DNA of 64,000 bases from a virus. Made by a program: the position numbers and the translations under genes. A model generated the notes under the pieces. The model had not been told where the DNA came from. It worked only from the letters and a program-made list of their open reading frames with translations, and made no database searches. The stretch lies in the IMG/VR virus record IMGVR_UViG_3300018080_000019, positions 1-64,000 of that record. The stretch is one strand, 5' to 3'. Shown in pieces: positions 8,810 through 16,668 of this stretch (position 1 is the stretch's first letter; every line of letters begins with the position of its first letter).

Positions 8810-11218
8810 ATGACTAAGCATGGAAAAGTCGTTTGGCAGTATGGTGTCACCACGGTCCCAGAGCGGTTGGAAACTCTCCTACCCGACACCCTCAAATCCT
8901 TAGAAGTTGCTGGCTTCCCAGAACCTCGACTCTTTGTCGACGGTCCTTATTCTTCTACAGCAAAAGCCCTTGGCCTGCCCACTACTTACCGTGACCCAAA
9001 AGTGCGAGCGTTCGGTAATTGGGTTCTAGCCCTTTGGGAACTCTACTTACGCAACCCCCATGCAGACCGTTATGCTATTTTCCAGGATGACCTAGTAGCT
9101 TACCCCCACCTGCGAGAATACCTCGAGCGGTCTGTCTATCCCCATCAGCATAACAATATGCAACCGGGCTATTGGAACCTATACACCTTTCCAATCAATC
9201 TGACCCTCTGCCCGAAAGACTATATCGGCTGGTATCCTAGCGATCAGTGTGGCAAAGGAGCCGTTGGACTTGTGTTCTGTAAGGATGCTGTGACTACCCT
9301 CCTTAGCCAGTCTCACACAGTAGGTCGCCCTCAAAATATCAAACGGGGTCATCGGGCTATAGACGGGGGTATCGTTACTGCTATGCGAAATGCACGGTGG
9401 CGAGAGTACGTACATAACCCCTCCCTAGTTCAACACACTGGCACAGAAAGCACCTTAGACAATCGTCAGCATGACCTTGCTGACAGCTTCCGCGGTGTCG
9501 ACTTTGATGCACGTAAACTTATTGAAGAAGCCAACGATCCACGGCAAGTCAACCCCAAACGAGGTAAGGTAAAGACCAATCCCCGCTGGGACCGCTTCTT
9601 TTTCAAGGAGGCCCTTGACCTACTCAAGAACGTAGACAATCCCACTATCCTAGAAATAGGTGCTATCCGCGACGCTAGACCAATCGCTGCTCGGGCAGAT
9701 GGCCATGCCACGGTAAAGTGGGCTGAAAGCGGTTATCGTACAATTACGCTTGACACAAGTGCTAAGGCCCTAGATATTACTCGCCGTTTGATTAACGATG
9801 CTCCTAACGTAGAGCTAATCCACGGTGATGGTCTTGCTTACCTTGAAACCTTCCAAGGGCAAATCAACCTACTCTACTTAGACGGCCCTCACCCTGCCAA
9901 GGAAGACGGTGTTAGGTTCAGCCTACTGGCCTATACTAAGGCTCTCCCCAAGATGCCGAAGGGCAGTTTGATCCTAATCGACGACTGCGATATTACCCCT
10001 GGCAAGGGCGATCAAATGGTTCCCAAAGCTGTTCGCGACGGTTGGAAGATTCTGAAGAAGGACCGCCAAGTCTTACTCCAACGTACCACGGCTCCCCAAG
10101 AAGAACCACTACTTGAACCACAAGAACCTGAGAAAGATGCTGACACCCCAACCATTCCCTACACTACTAGCGGTCAGGAAATTGTCGACTTCTTGCGAGA
10201 TGAAGCTAAGGTAACGAGCCGACCTAAGTCCAAACCGAAGGCTAACAAGGAGATCACCCTGATCGGGTATAGTTGTGCGAACGGCCTCGGCGAACTCAAC
10301 CGTCAAATCGCCAAGTACGTAGGTATCGACTACTGGCGAGTCATCCGTCATAAAGTTCTTGGCAAGCAACCCATCCCTAAAAGCATCAAACCAGCAACAG
10401 AAGTAGACCTCCCCAACGGTATCCTACTCTTCACAGAAACACCCTTCCTAAAACCCCAACAGTTGAAGGCTATCAAGGACCGTGGGGGACGTATCGTTAG
10501 CGTCCCCATGCTAGAGTGGACTCCAAAACCTGCCACAGAACCGTGGACAGACTACGTTGACTTGTGGATTTGTCCAACCCGCCAATGTTACGTTACCCTC
10601 TCAGAAGAGGGATACCCCTGCGTGATGTTCCCTTGGCCTATTGACCTCGAGCGGTACACCTTTATCCCTCGAGACACCTTGGAATCCTACCTCTTCATAA
10701 ACGGATTCAGTGGTGGCTTCAGGGGACGCAAAGGGGCAGCTACCGTCAGGCAAGCCTTCTCAGAAGTCGGCTCTAGTCCACTTGTAGTCAGTTCCCAAGA
10801 GCGTGACCTAAACCAAAGGGAACAGTGGAAGAAGTATGGTACTCTCCTAGACCCAATCCAAAGTAATCGCTACCTCTACACCGTGGGAAGCGTATTGCTT
10901 GCTCCTCATCACTGCGATGGTCTCGGCCTAGAACCTATGGAAGCGATGGCTTGTGGTATGCCAGTAATAACCCCTGACGCTCCACCGTGGAATGAGTTTC
11001 CAGCCCTTGCAAGACTCCCGGTTCAACAAGAACGTAAGCGTATCCGCCGACCCTTACCGTGGGTAAGTGTGGACCCCCTTACTTTGCGCGAACGCTGTGA
11101 GGAACTTCTAGGCTCCTCTATCAAGGAACATAGCCGTGAAGTGCGAGCGTGGGCTGAATCACGCGATTGGACTAAGTGTGCTAAAACCTTCCAACGATTA
11201 GTGCAAGGAGAGACCTGA
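8810..11218 (+). CDS. three-domain glycosyltransferase / SAM-methyltransferase / glycosyltransferase fusion
   Basis: ATG 8810 with GGAG 8 nt upstream; the track start 8798 is TTG. N-terminus is GT-A-like (AIFQDDLVAY). The centre is class I methyltransferase-like (ILEIGA..., LYLDGPH, LILIDDCD). The C-terminus is GT-B/GT4-like (GLGLEPMEAMACGMPVITPD). Confidence 0.65.
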   Translation: MTKHGKVVWQYGVTTVPERLETLLPDTLKSLEVAGFPEPRLFVDGPYSSTAKALGLPTTYRDPKVRAFGNWVLALWELYLRNPHADRYAIFQDDLVAYPHLREYLERSVYPHQHNNMQPGYWNLYTFPINLTLCPKDYIGWYPSDQCGKGAVGLVFCKDAVTTLLSQSHTVGRPQNIKRGHRAIDGGIVTAMRNARWREYVHNPSLVQHTGTESTLDNRQHDLADSFRGVDFDARKLIEEANDPRQVNPKRGKVKTNPRWDRFFFKEALDLLKNVDNPTILEIGAIRDARPIAARADGHATVKWAESGYRTITLDTSAKALDITRRLINDAPNVELIHGDGLAYLETFQGQINLLYLDGPHPAKEDGVRFSLLAYTKALPKMPKGSLILIDDCDITPGKGDQMVPKAVRDGWKILKKDRQVLLQRTTAPQEEPLLEPQEPEKDADTPTIPYTTSGQEIVDFLRDEAKVTSRPKSKPKANKEITLIGYSCANGLGELNRQIAKYVGIDYWRVIRHKVLGKQPIPKSIKPATEVDLPNGILLFTETPFLKPQQLKAIKDRGGRIVSVPMLEWTPKPATEPWTDYVDLWICPTRQCYVTLSEEGYPCVMFPWPIDLERYTFIPRDTLESYLFINGFSGGFRGRKGAATVRQAFSEVGSSPLVVSSQERDLNQREQWKKYGTLLDPIQSNRYLYTVGSVLLAPHHCDGLGLEPMEAMACGMPVITPDAPPWNEFPALARLPVQQERKRIRRPLPWVSVDPLTLRERCEELLGSSIKEHSREVRAWAESRDWTKCAKTFQRLVQGET

Positions 11219-12570
11219 TGCACAAGGCACAACGGTTCCGCTCGAGACGGATGAGCAAGGTAGCTCTAAAAGAGCAGCTTCGGCGGCCGCGACCTCAGCT
11301 TAGAGAACACTTCCGCCGAGACAAGAAGTTCAAGGTGATAGCCGTTACCCCAATCCACGAACCTGACGCTCGCAGGTTCCTACCCCAACTCCTGTCTGAA
11401 TTCTTACGGTTGGACTGGGGTGTCGTTTGGCACATCAACAACATTTGGAACCCTGACCTGCTCGATCAAATTCAAGGCTTTAGAAACACCGTGGGCTGGA
11501 CTGAAACCAATCAAACCAACTATCGCAAGTCTGACGGGTGGCGAGCCTTGGAGTTAGCACAGCTTGCAGAACCTGAGTGGGTAGTCCCCCACGACGCAGA
11601 TGAAACGTGGGAGCCGAACGCTCCAAAACTCCTCGAGAAGCTTCTGAACCACCGTGCCCTTTATGTCGTTCCCTGGTATAACATCTGGGCACAGACCGAT
11701 GGAGAGCTACTTATCCGCATGGACAAGCCTTACCTCGGCGTTCGCCCACGGCTCTACCCAGTCGGCCCCTGGCGATGGGAATACCGTAACACGCTCACAG
11801 CTTCCCCTTATTGCTGCCAGTGTAACAACTCCCTCCAAACCTTATCCACGGGGAGCGTTCGTGTACTTCACTGGGGGTTCTCCACCCAAGACTTGCGAGA
11901 ATACCATCATGCCCTATGGAATAACAATAAGGCGGAAGATAGTGACTACTGGTCTTGGATGATGGAAAAGCCCCCACTCCTAAAACCCTTTGACCCCGAT
12001 TGCATCCATGAAAACTTCCACCACACAGACCACGAAGAGATCCGCCTTATTCTCAGGAAAACCCCTGGGACGGGGTGGCTTAACTTCGACGAGGCGTGGC
12101 TTCTGTACCGAACGGCTGAGCAGACACGAGGTCCAATTTTAGAAGTGGGTTCCTACCACGGTAAATCTACTGTCCTACTCGCCCACCTGGGACGTCCTAT
12201 CTACAGTGTAGACCCCTTCCTAGGTTTCGACAAGGGTGACCCAACTGGAGACAAGACCGCTCGAGCCTTCTACAGGAACATTCGTCCCTACCACCGTCTC
12301 ATAGAACACTCTAGGAAACGTGTGGAAGATTGGACTCCTCAACCTTGTGGGTATGCTTACCTCGACGGGGATCATAGCTACGAAGGCACCGTGGCACAAA
12401 TCAAAACGGCCCTGGAGTGTGGAGTTTCTCGCATAGCTGTCCATGACTACAACGACCACGGTGGGGGACTCAAGGTGAAACAGGCTTGTGTAGAGTTGCT
12501 TGGAAAACCCTACGATCGTCGTAGTAAGATGGCCGTGTTCATTGTCCCCCCTAAAGAAGAGGAAGCTTGA
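11218..12570 (+). CDS. GT-A-like glycosyltransferase fused to a class I SAM-methyltransferase-like domain
   Basis: TGATG coupling. N-terminal VVPHDADETW is DxD-like. C-terminal ILEVGSYHGKSTVLLA ... YLDGDHSYEGT resembles the sugar O-methyltransferase type. Confidence 0.55.
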   Translation: MHKAQRFRSRRMSKVALKEQLRRPRPQLREHFRRDKKFKVIAVTPIHEPDARRFLPQLLSEFLRLDWGVVWHINNIWNPDLLDQIQGFRNTVGWTETNQTNYRKSDGWRALELAQLAEPEWVVPHDADETWEPNAPKLLEKLLNHRALYVVPWYNIWAQTDGELLIRMDKPYLGVRPRLYPVGPWRWEYRNTLTASPYCCQCNNSLQTLSTGSVRVLHWGFSTQDLREYHHALWNNNKAEDSDYWSWMMEKPPLLKPFDPDCIHENFHHTDHEEIRLILRKTPGTGWLNFDEAWLLYRTAEQTRGPILEVGSYHGKSTVLLAHLGRPIYSVDPFLGFDKGDPTGDKTARAFYRNIRPYHRLIEHSRKRVEDWTPQPCGYAYLDGDHSYEGTVAQIKTALECGVSRIAVHDYNDHGGGLKVKQACVELLGKPYDRRSKMAVFIVPPKEEEA

Positions 12571-12571
12571 T

Positions 12572-13546
12572 ATGAAAACTGCTGTAGTTGCCGTACCCCA
12601 TAACGATTGTGAAAAGTCTCTACAGTCTATGTTGGAAGCAGTAGGCTATCAGGTGTTCAGACCAGGAGACGGTCTCTTACGAGCCTACAACAGATTCAAC
12701 CGACAGCCCCTTCTCCACAGACTTCCAGTACATAACACCGTGAACGGTATCGATCTGTTTGTCATAATCAAACACTTCTACAACTACCCTCTCCGTAAAC
12801 GGTTCCCCACCCTAAACGGGAAGGTACTCTGGTTCGACATCAACGGTGGCATCCCAGGATCCACTCTAAGTAAAGATCAGTATAAAGCCCTTCCACTCAG
12901 AACCCCTTGTCCCTACTTGGGTGCCAACAAACACTATCAGGATTCTAAGTGTAGTGGACCTCGATACGTGACTTACATTCCCATGGTTGACCGTGGTCGT
13001 TTTGAATGCTTGCGACACAAGCCAGAGCAGTCCCCAGTCTGTCTAGTTCACAACGTAAAGCATTGGGGGTACGGTAGTCTCGTCCAGCCCCTACGCAATA
13101 AAGTCCGGTTCTATGGTAGTCACGGTTCTCCAGCTGGACTTCTCCCTTCAACGAAAGTCCCGCAAACATTGCGAAAGGCCCTTTGCTACGTACACGTGAA
13201 GGGGCGGGACTGTCCTGGCTACAGTCTCTATCAAGCCCTGCTCGCTGCTTGTCCAGTCATAGTCCTAGACCGGTTCATAGAACGAACTGGCTATAGCGAT
13301 CTATACGAGCCTGGAGTGACCTGTCTAGCCGTGAAAGACCCTTGGAAACTGCCCCCGGAAAAACGCTTTCCAAAAATCGTAGCTGGGGTGGAAAAGGCGA
13401 TCGAGGCTCTAAAGGACCCAGAGTACAATCAAACTATCGGCCTTGCTGGCCGTCAACGTTTGAAAGAGTTGATGTGGAATCCACGCGAAGACGCGGAAAC
13501 CTTCAAACATTTCCTCGAGGAAAACTATGGCCCTGGTACTACCTAA
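12572..13546 (+). CDS. glycosyltransferase-like protein (GT-B C-terminal half)
   Basis: ATG 12572 lies just after the upstream stop; the track start 12500 is inside the previous gene. Motif YQALLAACPVIVLDRF...GVTCLAV...AGRQRLKELM resembles GT1-family C-termini. Confidence 0.4.
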   Translation: MKTAVVAVPHNDCEKSLQSMLEAVGYQVFRPGDGLLRAYNRFNRQPLLHRLPVHNTVNGIDLFVIIKHFYNYPLRKRFPTLNGKVLWFDINGGIPGSTLSKDQYKALPLRTPCPYLGANKHYQDSKCSGPRYVTYIPMVDRGRFECLRHKPEQSPVCLVHNVKHWGYGSLVQPLRNKVRFYGSHGSPAGLLPSTKVPQTLRKALCYVHVKGRDCPGYSLYQALLAACPVIVLDRFIERTGYSDLYEPGVTCLAVKDPWKLPPEKRFPKIVAGVEKAIEALKDPEYNQTIGLAGRQRLKELMWNPREDAETFKHFLEENYGPGTT

Positions 13547-14183
13547 CTCCGTGTTCGTCCATGTCCCACGAGCCGGGGGACAGTGGTTCAGAAAGACCGT
13601 AGCTGCTTCGCTGAGCCCTGGCTTGCGTAGGAGGCGTCGGGAAAGCGACCGTCACAATGCTATCGCAGTCTACCATTGTAGCTACTCCGAATTGCCCATC
13701 GACTTCCAGTTAAGACCTTGCTTCGGCTTTATCAGGCATCCCCTACCGTGGCTTCGTTCTCGATGGACCCACCAGAGACAGTTCGGCATCAGCAATCGTG
13801 CTACTGCTCCAATCCACAAGCAGTTCAACTCCTGTTGGAAGCCCACGTTCCCAGCCACGGTAGAATCGATCTTAGGCACTTGTCCGGGGTTAGTCACCAA
13901 GACCTTTGAATACATGCTCGACGGTTGCACGTTCATAGGTCGCGTGGAAGACTTCCCAAGAGCCCCCATCCTAATCCTTCGCATGTGCAACGAACGGTTC
14001 AACGTGAGACCGTTCTTAACGACAAAACCTGTAAACAGTACGGGCAGCCTTCCAGAAAACCAAAAGGACCTCCACTTACCACCGTCGCTACAGAAAGAGT
14101 TTTTGCATTCAGAGTCTGCCTTTATTTCCAAGTGGTACGGCCCTGACTGGTATTCTCCCGTTCGTATTCAGATCAGTTCATAG
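13527..14183 (+). CDS. sulfotransferase-like protein
   Basis: VFVHVPRAGGQWF resembles the PAPS 5'-phosphosulfate loop (h-h-H-h-P-K-x-G-G-T). FIRHPLPWLRSRW resembles the RxPxxRxxS 3'-phosphate motif of the sulfotransferase family. Confidence 0.45.
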   Translation: MALVLPNSVFVHVPRAGGQWFRKTVAASLSPGLRRRRRESDRHNAIAVYHCSYSELPIDFQLRPCFGFIRHPLPWLRSRWTHQRQFGISNRATAPIHKQFNSCWKPTFPATVESILGTCPGLVTKTFEYMLDGCTFIGRVEDFPRAPILILRMCNERFNVRPFLTTKPVNSTGSLPENQKDLHLPPSLQKEFLHSESAFISKWYGPDWYSPVRIQISS

Positions 14184-14192
14184 AGGAAAGCC

Positions 14193-15122
14193 ATGGACCA
14201 GCTTAGAATCTATTATATCGGCAAGTTCCAACTGGACTTTGCTACGGAGCGATATGTTCAGTGGGCTTTGGAAAACCGCCACGGGTGCAACGTGATGCGA
14301 TACAAGGGCCAATCTGTTGAGGACGTGAAAACCATCCTAAAAGAGTACCGTCCCCACGTAGTCCTCTTCAGTAAGGTAGAACCCAAGTATACGGCTAGAC
14401 TCCTAGAGTGGTGTCGTGAAAAGCGTATCCTCACGGTAGCTTGGATTTGGGATCTTTATTGGGGGTGTCGCAGCGAGCGTCCAAAACAGTTTAGGGCAGA
14501 CATGCTTTTCACTACGGATGCAGGTCACCAGAAAGAGTTCAATGCGTACCGCACCAATCACAAAGTCCTGCGTCAAGGCATCCACGAACCTCACCACCGT
14601 ATGTACCTTCCTCCTCAGTATAAGAACAGCGGTGGTCAGATAACTTCAGAGTATCTACACGACGTCGCCTTTGTTGGTGGTGCTACCGGTCATCCCAGCC
14701 GTACAAAGCTAGTCCGCTGGTTGAAGCGTACCTATGGTCCCAGGATGATCCACCATACGAACGTTCGGGGTCTTGATTTGAATAGAGCCCTGGCACGAGC
14801 AAAAGTGGTAGTGGGAGATACGTGGCCTAGTCGTCACTACTGGTCCAACCGTATCTATGAGATCTTGGGTCGTGGGGGGTTTCTATTACACCCAAGAACA
14901 GAAGGTCTCAGCCGGGAGTTTACAGACCGTGTTCACTACGTTGCCTATGAACGTGATGACTTTCCTAGGCTTCGCAGGACCATTGATCATTGGCTTTCCA
15001 ACGAAGCAGAACGGGAGGCAATCAGAAACCGTGGCTTCCAGCTAGTTGGTCGTCACTACACCTACACCGTGCGAACAGCAACTCTCTTAGATTGCATCCG
15101 CACCAGACTTGGGAAAACATGA
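14193..15122 (+). CDS. CgeB-like glycosyltransferase
   Basis: C-terminal YEILGRGGFLLHPRTEGLSREF...YERDDFPRLRRTIDHWLSNEAEREAIRNRGFQLV is typical of the CgeB / Glyco_trans_1_2-type family. Confidence 0.55.
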   Translation: MDQLRIYYIGKFQLDFATERYVQWALENRHGCNVMRYKGQSVEDVKTILKEYRPHVVLFSKVEPKYTARLLEWCREKRILTVAWIWDLYWGCRSERPKQFRADMLFTTDAGHQKEFNAYRTNHKVLRQGIHEPHHRMYLPPQYKNSGGQITSEYLHDVAFVGGATGHPSRTKLVRWLKRTYGPRMIHHTNVRGLDLNRALARAKVVVGDTWPSRHYWSNRIYEILGRGGFLLHPRTEGLSREFTDRVHYVAYERDDFPRLRRTIDHWLSNEAEREAIRNRGFQLVGRHYTYTVRTATLLDCIRTRLGKT

Positions 15123-15127
15123 ATGTA

Positions 15128-15221
15128 TGTGCGGCCCCCTGCCCGTGGTCTCACCTGCGAGAATCAGTAGGCAAGTATGCTCCAACTTGCTTATGCTGAG
15201 AGGGTGGGGCAGGGGCCGCAC
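15128..15221 (+). terminator. long inverted repeat after the last late gene (possible terminator or RNA structure)
   Basis: GTGCGGCCCC(C)TGCCC (15129-15144) pairs with GGGCAGGGGCCGCAC (15207-15221). About 15 bp of stem with one bulge and a loop of about 60 nt, followed by TCTTT. Confidence 0.35.
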
Positions 15222-15300
15222 TCTTTACCTACCTAGTAGCCCCTCATAGGTGTATAAACACTAGTAGGGGGGCTGTTACCCCTAGTTAGTGCAGCTTACG

Positions 15301-15337
15301 CCCCTGCCCTGCCCTTGCCCTACCCTACCCTACCCCC
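15301..15337 (-). repeat. G-quadruplex-type motif (seven G3-5 tracts on the minus strand)
   Basis: Plus strand reads CCCCTGCCCTGCCCTTGCCCTACCCTACCCTACCCCC. Minus strand reads GGGGGTAGGGTAGGGTAGGGCAAGGGCAGGGCAGGGG. Confidence 0.6.
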
Positions 15338-15485
15338 GTGCCAAGGCCCCTGGCTTGCTGTCTAAGCTAAGGCATGGGGGTGGCCAGTATGCCAAGCCCT
15401 ACCCCGGCACCGTGGCTGTATGGCACCCTATGTAATAGGTGCCCCTGTAGCCCCTATAAGTAGGGTATACCCCACTTATAGGCAC

Positions 15486-15521
15486 TAAAAAACCCCCCGC
15501 TACCCAAAGGGCAACGGGGGG
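15486..15521 (-). terminator. Rho-independent terminator of the leftward early block
   Basis: Minus strand has a CCCCCCG...CGGGGGG hairpin (7 bp outer stem plus inner CCC/GGG) followed by UUUUUU. It lies 36 nt past the stop of ORF 15557..15802. Confidence 0.75.
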
Positions 15522-15556
15522 CGACACCCTACTACCAGCCTATACCAGTATACAGG

Positions 15557-15802
15557 CTATACAGGCTTGATACGGATACCGTCGTATCCGTGAGTCTCAG
15601 CGTACTTCCGGGCGGTAGCCAAGTCTTTGCATGGCTTCCACTTCCTGCCCACTAGAATTTCTGTGCGGTTATTGATTCGCCACACATGACGGCGGACTTG
15701 GAGGTAGCGTTTACTTCTTGGTGGGACTTTTGGCACGAGCCTTCTTCCTTTCCTTGGCTTGCTTGCGAAGTTTAGTCCAGTCCTGTTGGGAGCGGGGAAC
15801 AA
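15557..15802 (-). CDS. hypothetical small basic protein (start uncertain)
   Basis: Track ORF. The basic N-terminal part competes with an alternative 35-aa frame starting at 15818. Only the C-terminal part looks globular. Confidence 0.35.
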   Translation of the reverse strand: MFPAPNRTGLNFASKPRKGRRLVPKVPPRSKRYLQVRRHVWRINNRTEILVGRKWKPCKDLATARKYAETHGYDGIRIKPV

Positions 15803-15855
15803 GTCCGTGGGCTTCCATCAGGGCACAATAGCTTGCGTACTCGACCTTTTCAGCC

Positions 15856-16260
15856 TTAGTCGGCTTGATTGCTTTTGGGGCCATCGGTGCCTCCGGTGGT
15901 TGGGGTTGATGTTGTTGGAAAAACGTCGATCGGAGCGAAGGAGATTCTAACGGTGTTGGGGTCTACTTCTAGAACCCTGCGAAGTATGGGGCTATCACTC
16001 GGCCACGTAACTTCGAACAGGATGGGCATACCTTCGTATCTGACTACAAATTGAAAGCCAGGACGAATCTTGGCCCCAAAGTGGGCAGCAACAGCCCTGA
16101 GAAAGTCCTTGCGATTGCTCTCCAAGATGATACGGGCTCTGTCGCAAGCCTTGCTATGCCTTTCCAGGAATGCTTGCTTTTCGTCAGCGAGTTGCTTTGG
16201 CTTTTCTACGGAAGCCAGAAACCGCCCTGCGAGGTTAGTGATCTTCAAACGTGCATCCAT
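15856..16260 (-). CDS. hypothetical protein
   Basis: Internal ATG (MDARLKITN) with GGAG upstream, starting right after the stop of ORF 16272..16568. The longer track ORF to 16419 overlaps that gene. Confidence 0.5.
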   Translation of the reverse strand: MDARLKITNLAGRFLASVEKPKQLADEKQAFLERHSKACDRARIILESNRKDFLRAVAAHFGAKIRPGFQFVVRYEGMPILFEVTWPSDSPILRRVLEVDPNTVRISFAPIDVFPTTSTPTTGGTDGPKSNQAD

Positions 16261-16271
16261 GTGGTTGCTCC

Positions 16272-16568
16272 TCAGTTCTTGGGATGGATGTGGATTTTGT
16301 TGTAGGTACGACCGGTCTTTTCGTCGGTCTCCTTGGTCATGGTGACCTTGCAAAGGCCACGCATCGCCACAGCGACGATGTTCTTTCGCACGGTGCCTTG
16401 AGCCTGTCGTGGATTGCACCGTACAGCAAGGTTGATAAGATGCCCTAAAGCGACGGCTACTTCAGGCTCTTTATTTGTTGGAATAGGGACCGTCACCCTG
16501 TTGATCAGGTCTAGGAAAGCCCTGACTCTTTCACCCAAACTCTCTGCTGTCTCTAAGTAACGTGACAT
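16272..16568 (-). CDS. hypothetical protein
   Basis: AAGGAG lies 6 nt upstream of the ATG, preceded by the (CTACAACCAA)x4 leader. Confidence 0.5.
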   Translation of the reverse strand: MSRYLETAESLGERVRAFLDLINRVTVPIPTNKEPEVAVALGHLINLAVRCNPRQAQGTVRKNIVAVAMRGLCKVTMTKETDEKTGRTYNKIHIHPKN

Positions 16569-16580
16569 TTCAAACTCCTT

Positions 16581-16620
16581 GTGGTTGTAGTTGGTTGTAG
16601 TTGGTTGTAGTTGGTGGTAG
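16581..16620 (-). repeat. tandem 10-bp repeat (CTACAACCAA)x4 in a 5' leader
   Basis: Plus strand reads gtggttgtag ttggttgtag ttggttgtag ttggtggtag. It lies directly 5' of the SD of gene 16272..16568 and 3' of the helicase stop. Confidence 0.8.
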
Positions 16621-16668
16621 AACCCCCGACCAGCCGTGAAGGGACTGGCCGAGGGGGACGCAAGTAAA

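Noticed and set aside
12500-12571. Track start of ORF 12500..13546, and similar long N-terminal extensions at 8798, 20649..21197, 19309..19842, 31349, 36971, 37497, 42224, 46469 and 55281
   Set aside because: These extensions lie inside the preceding gene or in promoter DNA. Downstream in-frame ATG or GTG codons with proper SD spacing, or with stop-start overlaps, are better starts.
16581-16620. Tandem repeats as a possible CRISPR array (also 56796-56893)
   Set aside because: The units are 10-19 bp and directly abut with no spacers, and they lie in 5' leaders or promoter regions. There are no cas genes.
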